Shown here piece by piece: positions 21,355 through 32,908 of a stretch of DNA of 64,000 nt; position 1 is the first letter of the stretch; every line of letters starts with the position of its first letter. Origin of the DNA: an uncultured Armatimonadia bacterium (lineage in GTDB: Bacteria > Armatimonadota > Zipacnadia > CAVVLO01); the NCBI GenBank assembly GCA_963749155.1, contig CAVVLO010000005.1, positions 128,001-192,000 on the forward strand, written 5' to 3'. The notes under the pieces were generated by a model, which worked only from the letters and a program-made list of their open reading frames with translations, was not told the DNA's origin and made no database searches. Position numbers and translations under genes: made by a program.

Positions 21355-22410
21355 ATGACCATCAGAGAGCAGATTGAGGAGCTTGAGCGACGCGTTCTCA
21401 GCGAGCATGCGCAGCTTGCCTGCGAAACTCGCGGGAGGGCGTCGCCCGAGCCAGAGTGCGCCATCCGCACTGTCTTTCAGCGCGACCGGGACAGGATTAT
21501 CCACAAGTGTAAAGCTTTCCGGCGGCTTGCCAACAAGACGCAGGTCTTTATCTCACCGCAACTTGACCACTATCGCACGCGCCTCTCGCACACTTTGGAG
21601 GTCTCCCAGATAGCCCGTACCATCTCGAAGGCTCTTCGTTTGAATGAGGACCTCACCGAGGCTATCTCACTCGCCCACGATGTCGGCCACACGCCTTTTG
21701 GGCACCATGGAGAGGCCGTGCTGGATGAGTTGTATTCCCAATACGGCGGCCATTTCCATCATCACGAGCACAGCTTGCGGGTTGTGGACGTGCTGGAGAA
21801 CGACGGGAAGGGCCTCAATCTGACCTTCGAAGTGCGCGATGGCATCCTCTCACATACCAAAGGGCGCGAAGACCTCCAGGAAGCCGCAGCCAAAGTGCAT
21901 CCGGCGACACTGGAGGGCCAGGTGGTGCGGATTTCTGACCGGATAGCCTATCTCAACCATGATCTGGACGACGCTATCCGCGCCGGGTTGCTCGAGCTTG
22001 ATGACGTACCGGCCGATTTGCTGAAGGCACTGGGACGCTCTCACGGCGAGCGACTTGATACTTTGGTATCAGTTGTCATCCATACTAGCGAAGGGCAGCC
22101 AGAGGTGCTCCTGTCGCCCGCAATCACCAAAGCCTGCGACGACCTCAAGGATTTTCTCTTCGAGCGTGTGTATGACGCCGAGAAATCGCGCCTCAACCTG
22201 CACAGCAAGGTGAAATACATCATCACCGGGCTTTTCAGATATTATCTGGACGGCCCCTGGGATGATGCCGATTTTCCTGAGAGTATAAGGAGCGCGCCAG
22301 ATATCGAGTCAAGGACCCGTGCAATCGTGGATTACATCGCAGGGATGACCGACCGCTTCGCCAAACGCGAGTTCGCCAGGCGCTATATGCCCGAGGACTG
22401 GCCCGAGTAA
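21355..22410 (+). CDS. dgt: deoxyguanosinetriphosphate triphosphohydrolase-like HD protein
   Basis: FQRDRDRI, RRLANKTQV, RTRLSHTLEV, AHDVGHTPFGHHGE, DYIAGMTD. Confidence 0.95.
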   Translation: MTIREQIEELERRVLSEHAQLACETRGRASPEPECAIRTVFQRDRDRIIHKCKAFRRLANKTQVFISPQLDHYRTRLSHTLEVSQIARTISKALRLNEDLTEAISLAHDVGHTPFGHHGEAVLDELYSQYGGHFHHHEHSLRVVDVLENDGKGLNLTFEVRDGILSHTKGREDLQEAAAKVHPATLEGQVVRISDRIAYLNHDLDDAIRAGLLELDDVPADLLKALGRSHGERLDTLVSVVIHTSEGQPEVLLSPAITKACDDLKDFLFERVYDAEKSRLNLHSKVKYIITGLFRYYLDGPWDDADFPESIRSAPDIESRTRAIVDYIAGMTDRFAKREFARRYMPEDWPE

Positions 22411-22422
22411 CCGACCCAAAGA

Positions 22423-22453
22423 GAACGCCGCCCCGAAGGACGGCGTTTTTTTT
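22423..22453. terminator. intrinsic terminator between convergent dgt and purH
   Basis: AACGCCG...CGGCGTT hairpin followed by a T8 run. Confidence 0.8.
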
Positions 22454-22471
22454 CTACTTACCATGAGGCGC

Positions 22472-24013
<1,542 letters not shown>

Positions 24014-24023
24014 TGTCTTTCTC

Positions 24024-25062
24024 CTAAACGAGTTCTACGTGCGGTTCATCGCCTGCAAGAAGGGTGCCAAGAAGGACAGGAGCCTCTCCGGAAGAGGCGA
24101 GGGTCTCCATCGCCCGGGAGGCGTCAGAGGCCGCCACTACTACTGTAAAGCCTATCCCCATATTGAAGGTCTTGTACATCTCTTCAAGAGGTGTCGCCCC
24201 ATAATGCTGAAGGAGGTCGAAGATGGGCAAGACTGGGACGTTTGCCTTCTCAATCCGCGCCACACAGCCCTTCGGGAGGATGCGCACCAGGTTGCCCGGC
24301 AGGCCCTCCTCCGGTGATATGGGCCATCCCCTTTACCGGAAGGGCGGCCATAAGAGCCCGGATGGGCGCGACAAAGAGGCGCGTAGGGCGCAGCAGCTCT
24401 TCGCCAAGAGGGCACGAAAGGCCTTCGAAAGAGGCCTCAAGAGGCAAGCCCTCTCTTTCGATAATGGCGCGCGCAAGAGAATAGCCATTGCTGTGCAATC
24501 CGCTCGAACGCAAGCCAATTATGACATCGCCTGGAGTGATGGCGCTGCCGTTGATAACTTCGTCCTGCTTGACCGAACCTACCACAAAGCCTGCCAGGTC
24601 ATATTCGCCCTCGGGATAGAAACCGGGCATTTCGGCTATCTCTCCCCCGATAAGGGAGCAGCCAGCCTGCCGACATCCCTCTGAGACGCCCGCTACGATG
24701 GCAGTCGTAACCTCGGGTTTGAGCTTGCCGCAGGCGATATAGTCCAGCATGAAGAGCGGCTGGGCGCCCAGTGTGAGCACATCGTTGGCGCTCATCGCCA
24801 CGAGGTCGATGCCCACCGTGTCATGTTTGTCCAGCGCGAAGGCGATCTTGAGTTTGGTGCCTACACCATCGGTGCCCGCCACCAGCAGGTTGCCCTGAGT
24901 ATCTGGTTGCAGCTCGTAGACCGCCCCAAAGCCACCTACACCAGCTTTCACATTAGGTGAATAGGTAGATTGAGCGAGCTGTTTGATTCGTTCCACGGCG
25001 ACGTCAGCAGTCTCGATATCTACGCCTGCCGCGCGATAGGTTAGCGGGTCTCTGGGTTCCAT
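24024..25062 (-). CDS. purM: phosphoribosylformylglycinamidine cyclo-ligase (+1 G near 24303)
   Basis: YRAAGVD, TDGVGTK, GGEIAEMPG, SSGLHSNGYSL, HITGGG then LPGNLVR and TFNMGIG in ORF 24024-24287. Confidence 0.96.
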
Positions 25063-25174
25063 ACAGGCCTCTCCCTTGAGGGTCCGGGGTACACCCAGAG
25101 TTTACGGCCCGGCCCCCTGCCGGGTCAAGCCTGCCCAGGACGGGGGATGGAGTGTTACAATGGGCCATCGTCTT

Positions 25175-25915
25175 ATGAGCAAACTAATCTGTGATTTCCA
25201 CGTCCACACGGACGTCAGTTATGACACCACCGTGCCACCTGACGCGCTGGCCAGAGCCTTTTGGCGCGCAGGTGTGACTTGCGTTGCCATCACCGATCAT
25301 AACGCTTTCGAAGGCGCTGCTGCCTTCGCAAAATATTTTCCCGGGCTGACCATACCAGGTATGGAAGTCGAAACCTCGGAGGGAGAGCTTATAGGGCTCT
25401 TCCTGAAAGAAGCCCTGCCCGTGGGCGCTTCGGCAGTAGATACCGCTTGCGCCATCAAGCAGCAGGGGGGCCTGGTCTATGTGCCCCATCCCTTTGTCAG
25501 GGTGCTCCTGGGACGGCTGAGAGAAGAAACTTTGATGACCCTCTTGCCCGAGGTGACGGCCCTGGAGGTAGTCAACGCACGCAATCCCTTCGTGGCGGAT
25601 GACTATAAGGCCTGGTGTTTCGCAAAACAGCAGAAAGTGGTCGCGCTTGCCGGCAGTGATTCACATATGGCAAGAGATGCGGGCGCAGTGAAAGTTGAAT
25701 TGCCGAGTTTTGAGGATGCAGAAAGTTTTAAGGCAGTTTTGAATCAGGCCAAAATCCAGCGCTGGAAGCGGATTGGTCAACACGAAAACTTCTATAACTT
25801 CCTGGTGGCGGTAAGGCACAGGGGGCTGGATGAGCGGTTGAAGGTGATTCTGGGCACGGCGGGCGCGCTGGTGACCGCTAGTCTGTCTCGTGACGGTGAG
25901 AACCGACGCGCCTGA
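25175..25915 (+). CDS. PHP-domain metal-dependent phosphoesterase
   Basis: DFHVHT, AITDHN, GMEV, VPHPF, AGSDSH. Confidence 0.9.
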   Translation: MSKLICDFHVHTDVSYDTTVPPDALARAFWRAGVTCVAITDHNAFEGAAAFAKYFPGLTIPGMEVETSEGELIGLFLKEALPVGASAVDTACAIKQQGGLVYVPHPFVRVLLGRLREETLMTLLPEVTALEVVNARNPFVADDYKAWCFAKQQKVVALAGSDSHMARDAGAVKVELPSFEDAESFKAVLNQAKIQRWKRIGQHENFYNFLVAVRHRGLDERLKVILGTAGALVTASLSRDGENRRA

Positions 25916-26354
25916 GACTCTTCTCCTGGTCGCGCTTCACTATCTCATTGCGCCTGTCAAAAAGTTTCTTGCCGCGAGCGACCGCGATAGTGATTTTGGC
26001 AAAACCCCGCGAGTTGAAATATAGCTTCACGGGCACGAGAGTCAGGCCTTTCTCGCCAACGGCGACCTTGAGCTTGCGGATCTCCCCTGAATGCAGCAGC
26101 AGCTTGCGCCTGCCGGCAGGCTCCTTGGGATTCATCCGGCCGCCCTGCTCGTAGGGGTGGACATACATCCCCTCAAGCCAGACTTCGTTGCCTTCAATCT
26201 GACCGTAGGCTTCCGAAAGACTGGCCTTGCCCTGGCGGATAGATTTTACCTCGCAGCCAGACAGCACCAGGCCTGCCTCATAGGTTTCAAGGAGGCTGAA
26301 TCTATGCCTGGCCTGGCGATTTTCAATTGTCGGCGCGTTGTTTTGTTTTGCCAT
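25878..26354 (-). CDS. smpB: SsrA-binding protein
   Basis: NRQARH, EAGLVLSGCEVKSIR, RKLLLH, LVPVKLY, ARGKKLFDRR. Confidence 0.97.
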   Translation of the reverse strand: MAKQNNAPTIENRQARHRFSLLETYEAGLVLSGCEVKSIRQGKASLSEAYGQIEGNEVWLEGMYVHPYEQGGRMNPKEPAGRRKLLLHSGEIRKLKVAVGEKGLTLVPVKLYFNSRGFAKITIAVARGKKLFDRRNEIVKRDQEKSLRRVGSHRHETD

Positions 26355-26476
26355 AAGATTCACTTGCAGCCTAAGGGGCCGCTGGGGGATGGTAACAGAA
26401 AGCTGGATTTGGGCCAAGTGAGATGCCAGGGCGCATCAGGCCACGCGCCCTGGACGAGGACAGTAAAAGTAAGATC

Positions 26477-26995
26477 CTAGCTCCATTTCTCCCAGCAGAC
26501 GACATCGTCCAGCGATTTGCGGGGAGGGCCGGCAGGCTCTTCATCAGGCCAGCCAAGCGGCGTCAGGGCCAGCACATCGGCTTCCTCGGGGATGCCAAGG
26601 ATCAGCTTCACTTTGGCTTCTTCATAAGCGCCAATCCAGCAAGTGCCAAGGCCTTCGGCTTTCGCCTGAAGCAAGAGCTGGGTGAAAGCCGCGGCAACGT
26701 CCACCTGCACGGCGCTCCACCTGTTCCCGATATGGCGAGCTTTCTCAGGCAGGCCACAGGCGATGATGACGCAGTCGGCATGCCCGATAAACTGTTGGCC
26801 TCGGCACGCCTCGACAAGCTGAGCTTTGGTCTCGGGATCGCGCACTACGATAAACTTCCAGGGTTGGGCGTTGCCGGCAGAGGGCGCTATCCGGGCAGCT
26901 TCGAGCACGCGCTCAAGGACTGCTTCCGGCACAGGTTCCGTATTGTATTTACGCACACTCCGCCTGTGACGCAGACATTCCACTACATCGGACAT
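26477..26995 (-). CDS. nitroreductase family protein
   Basis: RRSVRKY, APSAGNAQPWKF, GLGTCWIG, LGWP, RKSL. Confidence 0.93.
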   Translation of the reverse strand: MSDVVECLRHRRSVRKYNTEPVPEAVLERVLEAARIAPSAGNAQPWKFIVVRDPETKAQLVEACRGQQFIGHADCVIIACGLPEKARHIGNRWSAVQVDVAAAFTQLLLQAKAEGLGTCWIGAYEEAKVKLILGIPEEADVLALTPLGWPDEEPAGPPRKSLDDVVCWEKWS

Positions 26996-27007
26996 AGTGA
27001 TTCCTCC

Positions 27008-27796
27008 TTAAGAGACAAGTTTGCGAAGCAGTGCGAGGTCTTCGGCGAGTTTCACAGGCGCCGGCACCTCGGTGAAGTCCTCAAGAGAAAGCCAGCCATC
27101 GTAGCCGACAGCTTCAAGATCATTGATTACCTGGGCCCAGTCGACGATGCCCTCGTCCATCCTCGCCGAGGTGGCCTTCCACTGGCCTTGACGGTTCTTA
27201 ATCCACTGCGAATTTTTAACATGCACGTGTTCGAGCCAGGGCCCGAGCAACTCAAGGCCCAGCCGCCAGTTCTCAAAGCCCTCGTAAATCATATTGCCTG
27301 GATCGAAGATAACTCCGATGGCCTGGGGCGAGAAGTTGCTTGCGATACGCCAGGCGAGGGAGGGGCTGGCTGCGATATTACCCATATGGATTTCAAGTTG
27401 ACACTTGACCCCGAGGTCCAGAGCCACAGGCTCCAGCTTCGCAAAAGCCTGGCAGGCCTGGTCATAAAGGGTGGGATAAGGCACGCTGCGGTCATAACGC
27501 GGCACTCCGACCCGCACTCGGGGACAGCCCATCACGGCGGCAGCGCGCAGGATACTGACTACTGGCTCGTATTCCTGGGCGCCAAGATAGGGGGCCAGCG
27601 CAGCCAGTTCGAGCCCGTAATCGGCGGTGACTTTCGCGACCTGTTCGGCCTGGGCTTCGATGCCCTCGACAGGCACATGGAAGGAAGGATGGACGCGCCA
27701 CTCGACGCCAGCATAGCCAATCTCGGCAAGCAGCTTTGCGGTGGCCTCGAGGTCGTACTGGTCACCGACCATAACAGTGAAGACGGAGAGCTTCAA
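27008..27796 (-). CDS. sugar phosphate isomerase/epimerase (xylose-isomerase-like TIM barrel)
   Basis: GYAGVEW, LEIH, FDPGN, HVHVKN, G.VDW, GYDGWLSLE. Confidence 0.88.
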   Translation of the reverse strand: MKLSVFTVMVGDQYDLEATAKLLAEIGYAGVEWRVHPSFHVPVEGIEAQAEQVAKVTADYGLELAALAPYLGAQEYEPVVSILRAAAVMGCPRVRVGVPRYDRSVPYPTLYDQACQAFAKLEPVALDLGVKCQLEIHMGNIAASPSLAWRIASNFSPQAIGVIFDPGNMIYEGFENWRLGLELLGPWLEHVHVKNSQWIKNRQGQWKATSARMDEGIVDWAQVINDLEAVGYDGWLSLEDFTEVPAPVKLAEDLALLRKLVS

Positions 27797-27807
27797 AGCC
27801 GAACCTC

Positions 27808-28812
27808 CTAAAAGATGGAGTCGGGATCAGGCTCCATCGCTTTCAAGGTATAAAGCGTTTCGTGGACGACCAGCGCCAGTCCCTGATAGAGTCCTTCATC
27901 GGTTGTACGCAAGGCTTCGGCGCGTTCTTCGGCGGTTTCGACCTCGCGCTGACTGGCGGCGATATCTTCAGGAGCGGCAAAGGCGGGCGGTTCTTTCTTC
28001 TTCAGCGAGAGCAACGAACGCTCGGCTTCTTGTGAGTGTAACAGCCCCCGCCGCTCTGCTGAATCCTTCAGGCAACCGGCCAGGTCGAAATAGATACCCT
28101 TGCGGCCCATCCAGCCACGCGACCGAACCAGGCGTTGCAAGGCAAGCTCGAGCAACTCTCCCAGGGTTATCTCGGGTGGGGCGTTGCGCTTGCTGCGACG
28201 CTTCTCAAGCTCCTCGAAGGTCTCTGTGAGGAAGCGAGTGAAGCAAGAGTCGGGCAGATGGCGCTGGCGTTCGACGAAGACATCCCAGGACCTGGAGGGC
28301 CCAACCAGCGGGAAGAGCGGTTCGCATTCTTTGCGTTCGAGCTCGAGGTAGCCTTCCTCATGCAGATTGGCCAGGAGCAGGATTATAAAATTGTTGAGGA
28401 ACTCGCGCAGGTCAATCTGAGGCGCGACCTCGTGCGGCTGCAGGGCGTATCGCTTTTGACGGGGCGACATTGGCTCTTCAAGTTCGGTTGAGAAACGTTC
28501 TGCGTGGACATAACAACAAGCTTCGAAATAATCGTCCGCGGTTTCGCCCTGGCTCTGGGTTGCGTCCTCTTGCCTGGCCGCAAGGGGCTGGCGCCGAGGG
28601 GCTTCTACTGCTTCCTCATCGTCGTCCTCGTCGTCGTCCTCTGCTTCATCAACCTCGGCGTCCGCAACTTCGGTTGCTTCTGTTAGCAGCGAATCAAGGG
28701 GAGATGAGTTTCCAAGCCGGCCTGTATCTTCCAGCCGGGTCCACAGGTTGAGGGCGGCTTTGGCAAGCAGCAAGCCCAGCAATACCGAGACTGCAATAAT
28801 GATATACAGCAT
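27808..28812 (-). CDS. hypothetical membrane-anchored protein with acidic linker
   Basis: 334-aa ORF; N-terminal TM; EVDEAEDDDEDDDEE tract; co-oriented with neighbours. Confidence 0.7.
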   Translation of the reverse strand: MLYIIIAVSVLLGLLLAKAALNLWTRLEDTGRLGNSSPLDSLLTEATEVADAEVDEAEDDDEDDDEEAVEAPRRQPLAARQEDATQSQGETADDYFEACCYVHAERFSTELEEPMSPRQKRYALQPHEVAPQIDLREFLNNFIILLLANLHEEGYLELERKECEPLFPLVGPSRSWDVFVERQRHLPDSCFTRFLTETFEELEKRRSKRNAPPEITLGELLELALQRLVRSRGWMGRKGIYFDLAGCLKDSAERRGLLHSQEAERSLLSLKKKEPPAFAAPEDIAASQREVETAEERAEALRTTDEGLYQGLALVVHETLYTLKAMEPDPDSIF

Positions 28813-28814
28813 AA

Positions 28815-29076
28815 TTAGTCGGGTTTCCGTTTTGCGCTGGCAGCTCGTGTTGCCTCTGCCAGCAGTGAAATGAGGCTGGTCCAGGAGGGCCGGTCCAGCC
28901 GCGAGAGCGTCTCGCTTAGAGCTTGCCTGTCCGCCTCTTCCAGCAAGGCGACCTGGTCAAGCACCAGGCGTTCGTAATCGAGCAGGTCGGCGGTGTCTGG
29001 CGATTGCTTCTGGAAGGTTGGCCAAACGCGCCTTCATTAGCAAGGCTCCCAGTTGATCCAGCTCGCTTGTCTTCAC
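28815..29076 (-). CDS. hypothetical ~86-aa helical protein (+1 indel near 29020; absent from ORF track)
   Basis: TATAAT (29095-29100), GGAGGG RBS, GTG; MKTSELDQLGALLMKARLA joins FQKQSPDTADLLDYERLVLDQ...KRKPD*; stop 2 nt before the next ATG. Confidence 0.65.
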
Positions 29077-29142
29077 CGCGGTCCCTCCGGCCTGATTATA
29101 GCATAGCAGGAAGCTCCTCTTGGGCGTGGAAGTTGCCGCTCG

Positions 29143-32100
29143 GTGATGAAGATGAGCCTGCGTTCTATACTGCTTGTTGTTCTCATAAGCTTTCTCCTTG
29201 GTAGTTCCACTCTGGCTGTTGAGATTCCCCAGGTGACAAATCCGGATTTCGAGGCGGGAGAAGGCGCAACTCCACTTGGCTGGACGCTCTCGGAAGGCGC
29301 TGTGGGCGCCTGGGAGAATGAAGGCGCTCGGTCGGGCCAGCGCCTGCTGAGCCTGACCGGCGATGGCGAAAACGCTGGCCAGTGGCTTTCCGAACCACTG
29401 GAGCTACGCCCTGGCAAGTCGTACCGGATCCAGGTCTGGGCGCGCCTTGCCCCTGGCAGCTCTGGCGGTTGCCTGACACTTGGCACCGAAACTGCAAACC
29501 GTGACTTCAACCTGGGCACCGACTGGCAACAGCTAGGTTTTATATTCGTCACCGACAAGCTGGGCCAGCCAACTCAGCTTCACCTGGGTCAGTGGATGCT
29601 AAAGGGTAAGGTCTGGTTCGATAATCTGGAATTCCACGCGGTAGAGCCGGTCAGCTCGCCGGCAACGCGGGCGCTCTTCCTTGGGTCGGATGAGTTCATC
29701 GAAGGCGCTACCTACTACCATCTGCCCCAGTACGCAGGGCCTGCCTCAAATTACAGCAGACCACTCACAGGCTTCACTTGCAATTTCAATAGCAACCGCT
29801 GGCCCCTTGGCGGAGGCAACTGGTTGCTTTATGGCTATGACTTGCCTGGTCAGAACCTGAGAAGCGCCAAAATCACTTTGGATGTCGGCTATTATGAGGC
29901 GGGCGAGTTGCTGGTCGAGTATTCGACCGATGGAGAGGCCTTTATCGTTTTTGGCAGACTGGCGGGGCTTGGCCGGCTGGACGCCGCGGTGCCTGCCTCG
30001 GCCCTCCCCGCTGGCAAGCTTTACATCCGCTTGCGCAGTCTGGGGTCGCTGCAAGTTTATGGTTACAGCTTTACGGCGGAGCTGAGCGAAGCTTTGCCCG
30101 AGCCGGCGCGAGGCAATACAGATTATGTTGTCTTCCTCCAGCAAGCTCCCGACGTGGTTGCAAGCCTGGCTGTCGTCAATCCGCCAGTAGCCGGGAAATA
30201 TTCTCTTGTTACCCTGGAGTTTTACAATTCAGGGCAGACAGAACAGAGCTTCCAAATCAAGACTGCCGCTGAAGCTGGCCTGGCTGCCTGGGAAGACACC
30301 TCAGAGGAAGTCTTTACCTTGCCTGGCCGCAAGCGCGCCAAAATCAGGGCAGTCTACAAGACTCCAGGCGCTGGGCCCCTGACGGTTCACCTGCTGGCAC
30401 TGCCGACAGGCGGAGGAGCGCCACTTTTGGAAATCGAATGGGCGGCTTCAGCCTCTTCTGTTGATGCAGCAGATTATGGCCATTATCTGGCCGATTCATC
30501 CAAGGGCAGGCTTTGGTGGGCCGAGGGCACCTACAAGGTTGGCCGAGACCGAGCCTCGCCTGAGCCAGGCGAGGCGGTCGCTCCCATATCACTGGCGGCT
30601 GCTCGCAACGAATTTGAGCCAGTGCAAGTTGTCGTTTCTCCGCGGTTGATGTCCAACAAGCCAGCATACGACTAACTGACCTCAAAGGGCCAGGGGGAGC
30701 GACCCTTCCCGCTTCGGCCTGGAGCCTGAAGCAGGTCAAATATGTGTTCATCACTCGCGCGACTGATTCTTTTGGGGCGCCAGGTTATTGGCCTGATCCG
30801 CTGGTAGACCTGACAGGGCCGGTGGCTCTGGAAGCAGGGCAGAATCAGCCTTTCTGGCTGCTGCTGCATGTGCCAAAAGAGGCTTCCGCTGGCCTGTATG
30901 AGGGCACCCTGAGCGTGGAACTGGATGGAGAGACTTCAGAAGTGCCTCTGCAGGTGCGCGTGTTCGACTTCACTTTAAGTGATGAGACCCACACTAAGAC
31001 CGCTTATGGGGTAGGCCCGAATTATGAGTGGTTCGGCCCGCTGTCAGAGCCCCAAAAAGACGAAGTCTTCGACCTGTTTATGCAGGTCTGTCGTGATCAT
31101 CGCATCTCCCCTTACCTCCCCTATGCCCGCGCCCCTTACCATTGGAACCTTGCGGGGCCGGGATTCGAGGTAAAGACAGGGCGCTGGCAGGCGAGGGCCG
31201 ATGAATTCGGCACTTCGCTGCTCAGTCTGGGGTTAGAGGGCGCCTCGTCCCTGGTCACGCTTGGCAATTGCCTGACGATGTTCGAGGAAGACGTGATCGG
31301 CTACCAGGGCACTGGCGAAAGCTGGCCGGGTCTTGAGGGGCTGAAGGACCTCACGGTAGTCCACCAGGACACCGAGCGCATCACAGTTGAAGCGACAGGC
31401 TTCCACAGCAGCAGTAAAGAAGCCGAACGGCGCTATGAGGCGCGTTTCAGGCTGACCTTCCTCGCGGGCAAGCCCTACTTCCTGCTGCAACCGCTGTGGC
31501 TGAAAAATACCGATGAGATGGCCTGGCAGGCGCGCAGCGTCTACTCGCTGCTTACTACGACCAGGGAGGGAGCCGAAGGGCGCAACGGAGAGGGCTGGGG
31601 CGCCTGGCTTTGGGACGATGCGACCCTGGGCGCTGTCGATCCCTCGGGCAGTGGGTGGACTTTTAGCCTGAGGCCCGGCCACGGCGATGTGGCCTTCAGC
31701 CCGATGGTCTTCGTAGAGCCAGGCCAGACCGTACAGTTCGACGTCGGCGCCACTGGCCATCTTCTGCTCTCCTGCCTCGGACTGGTCGCAGGTAGAACAG
31801 GTCGTCGCCGAGGTGAAAGCCGACCTGGCAAGTGGCTCCGGCATCGATCCAGGCGCGCCAAAGCTAGCTTTCACGCGCACCGAGAAGGGCGAACCTTCCT
31901 GGGATCTGGCGGCCTTTGATGCAGCGATGGAGCGTTATCTGGATGGGTACAAGTTCAACGCCTTCAATGTCGGCAATATTCTTCCCTCAAGCCTTGGGGG
32001 ATATGGGTGGGACACCCCCGAGTATCTCACCTTGCACAAGCAGCTCTTCGGAGCTTTCGAGCAGCATCTGGCCGAGAAAGGCTGGCTGGATGAGGCTTAT

Positions 32101-32842
32101 TGTTATTGGATAGATGAGCCTACTCCGGCCCAGTATGACTACGTGAACCAGGGGATGGACCTGCTCAAAGCCTCGGTGCCAGGCATCGCGCGCCTGCTGA
32201 CCGAGCAGCCGGAGCCTGAGCTTTTCGGTCATGCAAATCTCTGGGTGCCAGTGTTGTCGGAGTATCGCCCTGAGATCTGCCAGGCCCGTCAAGCGGCGGG
32301 GGATCAGATGTGGTGGTATGTGTGCTGCGGGCCAACCGCCCCCTATCCAAACAACTTCGTGGACCATCCTGCCATCAATCAGCGCATACGCTTCTGGATG
32401 ATGGAGAAATACGGGGTCGAGGGGTCGCTTGTATTGGGAAACCTGTTGGTGGTGGGGCAAGGGGTACGAGTTGCGCTCTCCCTGGCAGGTACCGATGTCT
32501 ATCAATCCCGAGGGCGGTTATTGGGGCAATGGCGATGGGATGTTGCTCTATCCGCCGCTGGCTGAACCAAGCAAGACGCCTCTGGTGACAGGGCCGGTCG
32601 TCTCGCAGCGGTTTGAGTTGCTGCGCGAAGGCCTGGAGGATAGAGAGTATTTCTGGCTGCTTGGGCAGCTAATCGAGCAAGCCCCCGAAGGCGAGGCCAA
32701 ACAGGCTGCCCAGGCCGTGCTTGCCGAGGTAAAGGCCTTTACCGAGAACCTAACGACATACCCCAGAGACCCCCAATTGCTTTATGAGTTGCGCCGCAAG
32801 GTGGCGGAACAGCTCGAGCTGCTAGAGCAAGAGGGGCAATAG
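29143..32842 (+). CDS. secreted multi-domain GH123/DUF4091-like glycoside hydrolase with N-terminal CBM-like domain (~1230 aa; indels near 30640, 31745, 32428)
   Basis: Signal peptide; NPDFE..W CBM4/9-like start; AARNEFEPVQ, WPDPL, VFDFTL, YWIDEP, WWYVC, GDGMLLYP, SQRFELLREGLEDREY across four ORFs. Confidence 0.8.
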
Positions 32843-32856
32843 GGGGGCAATAAACA

Positions 32857-32892
32857 GGGCCGGCTCCAAGGGGAGTCGGCCCGTCTTTTTTT
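32857..32892. terminator. intrinsic terminator
   Basis: GGGCCGGCTCC-AAGG-GGAGTCGGCCC followed by a T7 run, between convergent genes. Confidence 0.8.
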
Positions 32893-32908
32893 CTACTGAC
32901 CAGAGAAG

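Noticed and set aside
26423..27811. 462-aa plus-strand ORF
   Set aside because: Antisense to two well-supported genes (nitroreductase, TIM-barrel isomerase)
28923..29204. 93-aa plus-strand ORF
   Set aside because: Antisense to the better-supported hidden gene at 28815-29076 and overlaps the start of the GH123-like gene
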